Assembly: GCA_001643675.2 (NCBI GenBank)
Contig: LSRY02000002.1
Coordinates: 1,736,001 to 1,800,000, forward strand
Length of the DNA: 64,000 nt
Direction of reading: 5' to 3'
From: Monocercomonoides exilis PA203
Taxonomy: Eukaryota; Protista; Preaxostyla
Shown: positions 36,501 to 46,815 of the stretch, one piece after another
Layout of the letters: each line of letters starts with the position of its first letter
Position numbering within the stretch: position 1 is the stretch's first letter
Program-made: the position numbers and the translations under genes
The notes under the pieces: model-generated
What the model was told of the DNA's origin: nothing
The model's input: the letters and a program-made list of their open reading frames with translations, nothing else
The model's database searches: none

Positions 36501-37095
36501 AAACTCTGCATTCTTCCATAGGGATGAAATACGCTATCACAAGAAGCCAGCAAACCAGGCAAGCAATGCATCTACTTCCAATGGAACAGAAGCATCCACT
36601 GATGCAGCTGAAAATGATGATGAATTTTCATTCGACTTTGTTCCTTCGACTTCAATTGAAAGTGCCTCAATGTCAGGTCTTGTTGAGCTTCGGAAGGTGT
36701 TCCCTCGTCCACCCCATTCGCTTCTTCTGCAGCACGAAATGGTCGCTCCTGTTTGGTGGGCACGCGCTTGCGTTGTGACGCCTGTGGAGATGATGGGTGC
36801 ACACTCTCCAGTTGTTGTTGACGAGCCTTTCTACGTGTTCTTAGATGAACTCGATGAGACAGAAGATGAGAAAGGGATGGAAATACAGCCGATTCAGAAA
36901 AGTGACGAACCTCAAGCTGACAAAACTGAAAGTGGAAGTGATAAAAGCAATGAAAACAGTGCTGACGCAGAAAAGAAATCAGAGAAAGAAGAAAGTGAAA
37001 GCTCCGGAGAGCCAGGATTTTACATTGCACGTTACGGATGGAGAGAAAGGTATAGGAAATGGCTTAGTCACCTCATCAGCGAAACTTTTCTGTAA
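33559..37095 (+). CDS. Type II membrane protein with TPR-like segment and degenerate Fic/Doc domain (FICD/HYPE-like layout)
   Basis: Basic N-terminus plus one TM (WGAVAGAVLILFYFF); FTPEFTKRLHEMV, GKWKQ..DVVV..YCQPMNVEKEV..LL and LAAWFIDRFIDISPFDAYNEVVAQLL..IMMHFGFLPI follow the order of Fic-fold elements. Confidence 0.75.
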   Translation: MANKKEGVKASKTSTPKIPRKTKKTSRKFYIKAVLKWGAVAGAVLILFYFFQRLDAFDFSKLNRRIPETKKVNGTYSSNPAIEQTIKMIHQAMADQNAIDLYQASKLLAYLEKNSTRSLFHMFQSHFNLNDIQTGIEFLEQIGDDVPDKEKFTKMLQRAKKDAKILAMMRKTNDDRFLMTPKDKILRKFEGLKPLSIAEDFSVIDRETNSQKRERLLKENSVEYNPDIDPLDVFVNSGENDTAILSSGVDWKSLDDLLEEEEMIGRSLGWHMTYSTEHLDMRRKAILERIAEEEAEEVENKKTESEGEENTEIKSDTSNSTVETTEANESNSTENASKKTENNKESPKTKKPHKPQNLFQELPPLEPFEPYIPDAIKYKRNGLTQDWLSAHMAVMLAQSHGMMGKLNGTSISRVVKCVSVMTQMKNVYAMNKASGECLDLLRKIAEDDVERAEAEAKQKAAAKNGGEELKLEKGEGLFGDEDKYKGMIDEKTGLFDVDKYMEERLRKEKEKEEMRKNGTWTKEDDEREEREREERIRKAEEEEKQEEEEERKAEEERKKQRELAGQTNGTANATQKVDKYDIDALPPELRVLQHRPAMVFDPVGALGVIQDLLDAYCMMRTELMMDPEGAMGTLFTPEFTKRLHEMVTHTSGLYHDNSGFLHGGISLTLKGKWKQHGNDVVVVGGKRRLYCQPMNVEKEVNRLLMLTRMYIGEIDNIRKEKVNEIEQKIKQRGFEDPESATPSDRHSFETNFKQSPKMPLSPVVSPSSLAAWFIDRFIDISPFDAYNEVVAQLLGSAIMMHFGFLPISFFDPSQMQNSMNLYNDESSSNSLDSLYVTQSVADYSQEFYGALRRIDQSSSRSLLPLLDVIVRSQERLAASVYSLPFSVDGNEWRLNVTEGLDEEKQWKRMNKIVREMKEIAFNVTNDFAKAKEKEALAKREEDERKEKERAMAAGEEISDKKTIFPPTIPFMVSYDSYLLPGNSAFFHRDEIRYHKKPANQASNASTSNGTEASTDAAENDDEFSFDFVPSTSIESASMSGLVELRKVFPRPPHSLLLQHEMVAPVWWARACVVTPVEMMGAHSPVVVDEPFYVFLDELDETEDEKGMEIQPIQKSDEPQADKTESGSDKSNENSADAEKKSEKEESESSGEPGFYIARYGWRERYRKWLSHLISETFL

Positions 37096-37536
37096 ACTTG
37101 AGTAACTTATAAAGTATAGAGCCTCTCTTTTCTTTCCTTCCTTAACAGCTTTTAAAAATCAAATCTCTTCTTTTCATTCTTTCTGCCTTCTCTGCAAACA
37201 CATATTCCTGTTTTCAATTTTTGTGTTGACTAACATTTTTCACATATTTTGTCTGTCTGGTGATAAGACGGATGAGTTCCCTTCAGTGCATTATCTGTTT
37301 TCTGCGACTGAAGTTTTAATTGCTTTTCTGATATTTCATTTTTAATTCATGAAACAATGCGTACTTAAAAATAAACGATGTTTTTAAAAAACAATTTGCT
37401 TTTTTGTAATTATCTCTGATTGACAATGAATCTCATTTTAAATAAGTTCGTTCAATTTTTATAAAATTCGACAAATATTTGAAATTAAGCTTTTTTTGTA
37501 TACTTCGTCTTATTCGAGATATTGAATAAAAATGTG

Positions 37537-39213
37537 TTAATCTTCCCACAATAATTCATTCATTTCCTGCTTCATCCATTCCTCATTTATAAAGCGCTCC
37601 ATTTCTGTAGCAGCATCTGCGGCTTCGCTGAATCTATTTGCACATTTCAAAATTCCTTCGACCATTGATTTCAAATCAATGTAAAATTGCTGGGGAGATG
37701 TATAAAATGTTGAAGTGAGGATTCTTTCCTTAATTGTTGTAAGATCTTGAATTGGTGCAGTTAAATAACAGAGTTAATTTTCAATAAGATGCATTCATTA
37801 TATAAAAAATAGAAAAAAGAAAAAGAATGAATGAATTAAAGAATTTTATACTGATAAACTGGAAATAATTAGTAAAATAAGCACACCAACTGGTGAACGA
37901 ATCATGAGATAATAATTTGGTGCTTCACGTGGATCAATAGGCTCTAAAAAAGGCCAAACAAGTTCTGCCTGATCCAAAAGCAGTGTCATAAACCTAATTA
38001 TTTTGATGTGAAGACGAATAATGTGCTCTCTTTCTGAAGTTTGTACCATGTGCGAAGGAGTTAAGGCCAATGAATTGGATCCTTCGTTTTGAATGGATAC
38101 ATTTTTTGAAGATGACAAAGGAGGTGATTGTGCAATTGACTCAGATGATGGATGCAGAAAGTCAGATGCATTACTTGAATTGACATGGTATCCTTCTTCT
38201 CGATTTGTTATTTCCTGATCCGTTTTTTCTCCGCTTTGTGAATTGGAAATAGCATCAGGAGAAATTGAAATTGGCTTCTCAAGAACGAAAGGAGAAAAAA
38301 GATTATTACAAAGTGGTTCACTAAATGGTTGCTCCAAAGGACAGCATTTCAAAGACGTGTTGCTTTTTTGGCAAGCTTTTGTATTTTTTGTATTATGAAT
38401 TCGTTTCGCTTCTTTAAAAGGTTTCATGGCATCTTCCAAAGATATAACTGAAAAGGGAGGATTTATCGGCTTCGTATTCGATGACTTTGAAAATAAAAGT
38501 GGAGCAGGAAATTTTTCTGAATCATCAGGATTTGTCGGTGCATGATGAAGATGCAAGCTTTCGAGTGCGCTTTTGGCTTTTACAATTGCCTTCTCTTTCA
38601 TCCGTTGAACCGTCACACGCCAATGCAACATATCAAAATGAGCATTAATTTTGCATTCCATTAGATAGGCATTTTTGTAATCCTTGATGATATCTCCCCA
38701 GATCTCTCTATTAATTGTAACTCGTTTACTAAATCCTTGTTTTTCAAAAAAAGTTGTTGCGGAAGAATCCGCAAAAGTCAATAGCTTCGTTATTCCAAGA
38801 GATCTTGCATATTCTTTAAGATGTTTAATGAGAATAGATCCAATATACTTCCCTTGTTGGTCTCCTGATACTGCAAGAAAAACCGCTTCTCCAAGACGTC
38901 TTTCTACAAATGCTTTTAGAACAATTCCTCCAATAACTTTTTTGTCTTTAACATAAACAAGAGAATGGTGGTTCCAATCAAAAATTGTCCTTGTGATATA
39001 TTCGGTTGTCATACTTGGAAGCTGGTGTGAAATAATATTTTTGAGTGAAAGAAGATATATTAAGCATTCTGGAGATGTTTGACTTGTATATGGAGGTGGA
39101 GCAACTCTGCAAACCACTAAATGATAATCCTTTTCATCATGAATTCTATCAAGAATGCTCCATGCCCCTCCTTTTAGAAGAAAATTGCAATATTTGTTAT
39201 TTTTAGACATCAT
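37537..39213 (-). CDS. GCN5: GCN5/PCAF-like histone acetyltransferase with C-terminal bromodomain (intron in the bromodomain)
   Basis: LKNIISHQLPSMTTEYITRTIFD, VIGGI, GEAVFLAV, LLTFADSSATTFFEKQGFSK, IKDY..A.LMEC; WPFLEP.D..EAPNYY..I..PV spliced to DLTTIKERI...; stop at 37537-37539. Extra 5' exons possible. Confidence 0.88.
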
Positions 39214-39573
39214 AAAAATTGCGTAAAAGAATAAGTTTACTCCAAAGCGTGCTGAAAAAGATAAATCTTTTTATTGTTGTAAATAAAAAGATTGAACCTT
39301 AAAGGTGATTCGAAGAAAATAATATATTTATCGTTATATGTCGAGTTTATGGAATCACTTTTTTTTGACTGTATAACATCTTTCGATCTTTTTATTTGGG
39401 CAATTAGCAAATCAATCAATTTTCGTATGTTATAAAGGGTGATTTTTCATCAAAACTTCTAGTGTATATATTTTTGGTATATGACATGTGTGCAACAAAA
39501 AATATTTATTCAAATCCAAAGAACTCATATTTTGATCTTTTCATTCTGGTGTTTTTTTGAAATATTGCCAACG

Positions 39574-41910
39574 ATGACTTTATTGAATGCCAAAAATCTA
39601 AGAAGAAAGACATTGCTCAAAGCTTTCATTCTTTGTTTTTTTTCAGCGAGCATATTCTTCATTTTATATCTTTTTGTATGATTAAAGTTTTTTCATTGTT
39701 TACCTATTTATTTATTTATTTTTAAGCAGTTTTCAAGAGATAGAAAATCTGCCTCTTTATTCTTTAATAACATTATTTCAAATAAAAGAACTGCTTCAGC
39801 TTCTATTGTTATTCCTGAAGACCCGGTGATGCCTTTTGTTCACCCAAGAATAATTGAAGGAAATTCCACCACAAATCTAAAATATTCAATCGACTCTGTT
39901 GTATCTATACATGATTATTCAACCGTTAAAATATGGCCAACACTTAAAGATAAAAAGCTTTGCGAAGAAAGAATTTTTAAAGTCCAATGGGCATTTGCTG
40001 ATGCATGGTATGCTTATCAAGAATATGCTTGGGGAGCAGATGAATTATTTCCATTGAGTAAAACAAAAAATAACTGGCTTGGAGGTCAGGCAACAACAAT
40101 TGTTGATTCGATTTCAACAATATTATTGATGGGCTTGAAGGATGAATATCAACAAGCTGAAGAATTCATTAAAACTTATGATGTTTACAAAGGTTCTTCG
40201 GTATCATTGTTTGAAACCGGAATTAGAATACTTGGAGGCTTGATATCGGCTTATGATTTGACTGATGACATTATTTACCTCAGAAAAGCCGAACAAATTG
40301 GTGATCTTTTAATTAGTAACTTTGAATCAAACAATGAGTGCAGTATTCCATCAAACGATATTCTTTTGGTGAAGCCTACAAAAGAAAAAACATTTGAAGA
40401 GAGGCGAAAAGAGCTTCAATCAAAGTTAAGTGCTCAGCAATTCGTTTCACCGACACCTGACTTCTTTACTCCTTCATGGAAAGACTACAATCTTAGTCTT
40501 GATGGCAAAACAGCGGCGAACGTATTGAATGATACTTCGTCATCTTCTTCGTTTCGCTTTCAACAAAATGAAACATACAGTAGATCAAATGAAGATGTCC
40601 AGCAAAGTCATTTCCGAAAACTTAATTCCACTTCCAATTATGCTGCATACCTTGCTGAATTTGGCTTGTATTTTGAGTTTGTTGCATTATCTGATCGGAC
40701 TGGAGATCCCCATTATGCATATCATGCTTTGCGAGCGATGCAAGCAACGCTTCGTGCAAAGAGGCCTAGTAAGGGAGTAATTGGACAGTCAATGAAGTTT
40801 GATGGAACTTCTTTTGATTCGACATTTTTCTCAATTGGAGCAATGGCAGATTCTTTCTATGAGTATATCATCAAGGAAAGTTTGTATTCAATGCCATATC
40901 CAATTAAGATGAAAGGTGATGCGGAGCAGGCAGAACAAGACTTAAAAGATTTTGGTTCAGAAGAAAAAGAGCTAAGCGAGCATTGGATAGATGTAATGAA
41001 TGCATTCAAGCGAAATGTGAAAGAAAACTCAAAGGGGTACAAATGGATAGCGGACGATGGTGTGGGAGACAGCTGGCAGCATCTTTCATGTTTTTCTGGG
41101 GGAAACTTGGCGCTGGGTGCTTTTTACTTGAACGATTGGAAGCTCCCTATCTATCGCAGTCTGGACAATTTAGAAGGAGCAGAGAAAAAGAAGCAAGAGA
41201 GGGAAAATAACCTGGCGGAGTTTCTGCAGTTAGGAAAGGATCTGGGAGAGACATGTTATGCAATGTACAATCAGTCTTTATCAGGACTTTCAGGCGAAGA
41301 TGTCAATATGACAGAAAATGACTTCGCCAATTCAGGAAGTGATCAATATCTTCTCCGTCCAGAGGTTGTGGAAACTCTTTTCTATCTTTTCCGCATCACA
41401 GGAGATACAAAGTGGCAAGAATATACATGGAATATTTTTGAGGTATTTAGAATATTGTTTTTGTTTCAATTGATTGATATTGAATGGACATGTGATAATA
41501 AGTGTACTTAGGTTTTTTTTATTTTTATTAAATTTTATTTTTTATAACTGGTTTTGTATTTGTTACTCAAGCAGATAAATGTTTCTTGTTTATTATTTAC
41601 AAAATTTTTATTTCATTCCTCATTGAATTGTTAGGACATTATTTATCAAACAAAAATACCAAATCATATGAATATGAAAGGCGAATCTCGACCGTCTGGC
41701 TATACATCACTTTCCTCTATTCACAGTAAGCATCCTGTTCGGCAGAACAATATGCCATCTTTCCTTCTTAGTGAAACGTTTAAGTATATATTCCTTTCTT
41801 TCACAGATCCCAATGAATTTCTGCCGCTTGATAAGTGGGTGTTTAATACAGAAGCGCATCCAATCGCTCGACGAAAATATTTGAAGCGCCTTCCTTTAAA
41901 TGAAAAATGA
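39574..41910 (+). CDS. Class I alpha-1,2-mannosidase (GH47), type II membrane anchor, 2 introns
   Basis: AW.AY..YAWGADEL.PLS, TIVDSISTILLMGL, SLFET.IRILGGLISAY, GAMADSFYEY, HLSCFSGG, YLLRPEVVETLFYLFR.TGD, MPSFLLSETFKY, WVFNTEAHP; first exon encodes a TM helix. Confidence 0.95.
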
Positions 41911-42809
41911 ATATTGTGTTGTTGAAATTAAATTTTTCATAAGTATCTTTGATGATACATGTAATTTACAAGCATCTTTCTCTGAAATTTGGCAATTAAG
42001 TAATGTATTTGTGATTATTATATAATTTTGTTTTGAAAGGGTTCTTAAATTATATTTCGTAATAATTTTATGCAATTTGATATTGATCTGTATTTTCGTT
42101 TTTGTAATAATTATTGTTGTTTCTTGTTATTTATTGATGATTGTAATTATGTAAATGAAAAGTATTCGCTTGATTTTTTCATGATTTTTCTTTTTTGCAT
42201 TTAAAAATTTGAGAAATAATATTACACAAATGAAATTAATCAATCATCTAAACATCATCTTTAACTTGATGCTTTATTTTTATTTGGTTCATTTTTATTT
42301 GAAATTAGCAGTAAATAAAAATCATTCTATTCCTTTCAACATATTGATTGAGTTTTCAACAAAAAAACAATCATGTTAATAAATGTTTGCGTATTTATCT
42401 TTGAGCAATTCGCTCTGAAATTGAGCTTGTTTTTTCTTTTTTAGGTGAATCCAATATAATATAAACTTTTGTATTTGTTTGGATTTAATCTGAAAAACAA
42501 TAAATGAAATACATATAATTTTTGATACAAACTTTTAACAAAACAAACAATTTCACTTCAGTTAAGAACCCAAAATTATCGCATCAATAAAATAAGAATG
42601 CCAAAATATTAAAATATACAGTGCATGAATGTTTTTTACGGCAATTGTCAAAAAACACTTTTTATAAATGTGGGCAGTGGCATTTACTCAACAACAGTTA
42701 GTAATGGTTGTTCGACAAATTTTCAGTTATTCACTTTATGCATACAATATTATGTGACACACGTAAAAGAAACAACTTTTTCCATTGAATAAAAAAGATA
42801 TATTTCATA

Positions 42810-43068
42810 TGAGTGTTATTATTTTTGAAATCATAACTTTTTTTGGGGTTTTGATAATTTTGAAAATTTCAAGAAATAATAAATACAATTTTCTTTGATA
42901 TGTTCTATTTATCTCAATTGTCTTCAATGAAAATGATTGATGTGAAAGAAATACAGAGATGTTTCAATTAGAGTTTTCTCTTTTCTGTGTTCATAAACAA
43001 GCATTCGAAGCGAATGTGAAAACCGAAATAACTATTAAAAATACTATGATTTCAAAAATAATTACCCA
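42810..43068. mobile_element. MITE family A copy (259 bp, TA-flanked)
   Basis: TA|TGAGTGTTATTATTTTTGAAATCATAAC ... TATGATTTCAAAAATAATTACCCA|TA; opposite orientation to 9598..9855. Confidence 0.8.
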
Positions 43069-43186
43069 TATACCAACTTTGATCATAAAATTTCTAAGTT
43101 TTCTTTATTTCCAGTGAGCAAATTGAATGTTTTTATCTATTTTAAAATGGACTGTTAGTTCTATCATTTTCTATATATTCTTTATT

Positions 43187-43431
43187 TGTCAAATATTTTT
43201 TTGAAAAGTTCCTTTTGGTCATTTTCAAATTAAATGAATGTGACATATTTTCATCAAATTTCTGTTCCCACTCACCAAATTTAGCTGTCATGAAAAAAAT
43301 ATCTTGATTATGTTTATGTTGCCTTTTTGTGAAATTTCGTGAGTGGGAACGAAAATTTGATCGAAATATGAAATTACTATAATATTTGAAAATTACACAA
43401 AAGGAACTTATCAAAAAAAAAAATATAGACA
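43187..43431. mobile_element. MITE family B copy
   Basis: TGTCAAATATTTTTTTGAAAAGTTCCTTTTG ... CAAAAGGAACTTATCAAAAAAAAAAATATAGACA; inner TTCCCACTCAC / GTGAGTGGGAA. Confidence 0.72.
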
Positions 43432-43804
43432 CGTGCACACTCGATGTGATTTTTTCCAGCTTTGACAATAATTCTATCAAGTGAAATATTTGACGCAAAT
43501 ATTATCTCACTAGTTCATTCTTTGTGATGTCATATTTCTTTTGTTTTATTATTTGTATAATGTTATTGTCAGGAATTCTTGTTGATCTGTGCGAAGTTTA
43601 TCACGACATCTTTTAAATCCTTTGTGGTTTTTCTTTTATGACAGAAGTTTGTGAATTGAACAGTTTCAAAGAAGAAAGAATAAAATTGATAACTCTCTTT
43701 TTCAAAAGTTAAAACTGGAAATGATATATCTCCAAAATAATATTTGACATCAAAAACAATTTCACAATTTTTTTAAAAAAATAATTTCAATGTTTAAAAA
43801 ACTT

Positions 43805-46800
43805 AAGAATTTGAATACAACATTTCTAAATTCTCCTTTTGATGAGCTTCGCTTTATTATGAAGTTATGGGGACTTTTTTTTTTTTTTTTTGAAAAAACT
43901 CACAATTTGTTCTGAACTTTTTCTGCTTTCATATCATAATAAGCCAAACGTTGTTATGCAAAAGAAAATATTGAAAAATTATTGAATAATGAATAGATTC
44001 AAAAATGTTGAGTGGAGCAATATTTTGAAGAGAATAACTTCGTTCCAAGCGTGAAAAAATGATTCACAAAGTCAGAAATGGATGTCTTGAAGAAAAATAA
44101 AATTTGGAAACAAAAAAATATTACACTCATTACATAAAGAATTTCATTTTCTTGAACATTTTCAAAAAAAAAAAACAAAAAAAAAAAAAAATTCAAATTG
44201 ATTTCGAACAGCTCTTGAAAAACAGTTTCTTCAAAAAAAATGTTTTGATAAACCAAAACTCAGCATCATATCTTCATATCTTCATATTCTTCTTCTTTCA
44301 ACTTTTCAAATGCTTCCATTTTCTGCCTTTCTCTGAACTTCTTCCATTTAATCACTTTCTTTCTTCCAAACATTTTTGGTGTCACCAAAATGAACCAAAC
44401 ATTATTCAATGCATCAAGATCATCAAATATAACTTGCAGCATTTCCCCCATGCCTTTTGTTGGGAATGCCTTCTTCAGCCAATGGAGGCACCAACAATTA
44501 TCACTTTCAAAATACCGAAAATGCCCAAAAGCACTCCAAATAAAAATACCAAATAACCCATCAAATGACATAGATTAATATGTTGTGAAGAATCACAAAA
44601 CTTTCATCACTCACACATCTTCTATTTGTTGGGATAAATCAATCATCACAACAATCATTTCTTTCCCAAATGCCATTTCTCATAAAAATACAGGCAACAA
44701 AAATGCATGCTCCAAATAATACATTATTTCATCTCAGATGGAAGATATTGTAATTTGGAAAGCGATGGATAAAATATCAGAACATCAACAAAAATGGAAT
44801 GTTTATTCACTTTTATTTATTGGATCAAAAATGGAACTTGAAAAAACAACAAGGGAGAATGATTATATCTTTATTATATGTGATCTTCAAATAAAGAAAA
44901 ATTTCCATTTTCAAAACATAAGTACCCATACTAGCCTGTGATAGAAAAAAGAAAAGATAACAGTCTGAGAGGCATGGCTTTGAAGCTGTTGGGAATATTT
45001 TGTTGTGCATGGATAATTAGTGTAGAATGCGTGTGCAATGGTATCAGAAGTGATGGAGGAGAAGTTGGAGAGAAATCATGGAAAGATAGAGAATTGAGTT
45101 ATCTAGAAGGCACATGGTCAGAGAAGGCTCAAAACGAGAAATATGGAGATGACAATTTATTTGATGCACGTTTTAAAGGGAAAGGAGATGAAGTGAGAGA
45201 AATCGAAAAGCAAAAGAAAATATTGAAGAAAAACTCAAAACCATGTGACGATGGAAGTGGAGAGATTGGGAAAGTTCAAAAACTGAGTCATTGTGATGAA
45301 TGGAAAATGAGGAAAAACGAGGGAATGCGTGATGAAAGTGTGGTTGAAGGATGTCTTGTTCTGGCCAATTCATCGATAAAACTGAATTCACTGGCGTTGA
45401 TGGAAAGAAGTGGGAAAGGTGTGATCGGGGCAGAAAATGGATGTTTTGTTGAGTTGAGCGGATGCATTGTTGGAGTTGAGAGAAAGACATCTCCATTTTA
45501 TTTATGTGGGAGCTGTGGATTGCTCACCAACATTTCCCTAAGATTTTCTTCAACCTTAACATCAACAAAACAGATATTTCCTCGACTTTTCTCTCCAAAA
45601 GTATCAAAAGGGGAGATTTCTGAAAATTGTTATGTTTCTATTTGTTCCTCTCATTTCTCTTCCTTTTATGTGTCTTCAGCTCCGTTTATCTCATCATCTT
45701 CCATCCCTTTTGTTTCTCTCTCCAAATTAACATTTTTCAATATTTCAACGGCTATTGCAGATTGTCCATCTCCAACGACTTCATTTTTTCAAACATCATG
45801 TTTTATGAGCAGCTGCTCATTCTCATCAGTTCATGATGTTTACGACGGAGGGATTGTCTCCTCTCTCAACAATCCCTATGCCTCCTTTTCTACCTCAAAC
45901 ACCTCGTTTGTTGGGTGTAGTCGGACAAGAAATGTTGAATGCACTGGAAGCGAAGATAATACAAAGCATCCAAAGAGACAGCAGATTACAGACAATGGGG
46001 CAAATTCGTTCACTTGGTGTATGTGGAATGGCTCGAATACAACAGGAACAAGCGATTCTGTTACAGACGGAGTGTCAAGCGGAGGGGCAATTTTCATGCA
46101 CAAACTCAATTCTGGAGTGCTCTTTGTTTCACGTTGTTTGTTTAATAATTGCTTTGCACACAGCCGTGGAGGTGGAATTATGTGTCATTCTATCAATTCT
46201 ATCAAAATTGAGAACAATTCGTTCAATATATGCACTGCTCAAAATCAATATGGAGGAGGATTGTATGTCAGCACTATTTCAAAATGTATTCGGATCAGCG
46301 GATGTGAATTCCAGAATTGCAAGGCATACAGCGATGGAGGAGGGGTTAATCTCAATAATTTTCAGGTTTCAGGAACAAACTGTATCAGAACAGAAAGTGG
46401 AGAAGGGGAGAGTGCGTGTATATTTGAGTGCTCATTCACTTTGTGCTCTATCACAAAAACAAATGGCGGAGGGATTTATTGTCATGTTGCACCAATTCAG
46501 TTCAAAACGAGGAGTATTCAGTTTGTTTCGTGCAACGCTTCATATTTGGGTGGGGGATTACATTTTGATTCAAATGCATCAACAGCTCCAAGCAATAATC
46601 ATTATTTTTATTTTTTCTTTTTTCTCGATTGCAGATGCACTGCTTCCACTCCTTATGGTCACGATGTGTATTTTGAAGACTATTACAATCTCTTCTCATC
46701 GAACAATCCATTCTTTGAATCATATACGACTAATACCAATGAGAAAAGAGTATGCTATTCATTTTATTTAAGTGATTGGACATATCAGCAGACAGAAAAG

Positions 46801-46815
46801 AAGGATTGGTTGAAG
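43805..46815. repeat. Right arm of the inverted duplication (insertion-free state)
   Basis: Reverse complement is colinear with 1..7107 once the three insertions are removed. Confidence 0.9.

Noticed and set aside
15364-41910. Functional secretory-pathway cluster (SNARE, Fic-like, GH47)
   Set aside because: The genes are interspersed with unrelated ones in mixed orientation; no evidence of co-regulation.
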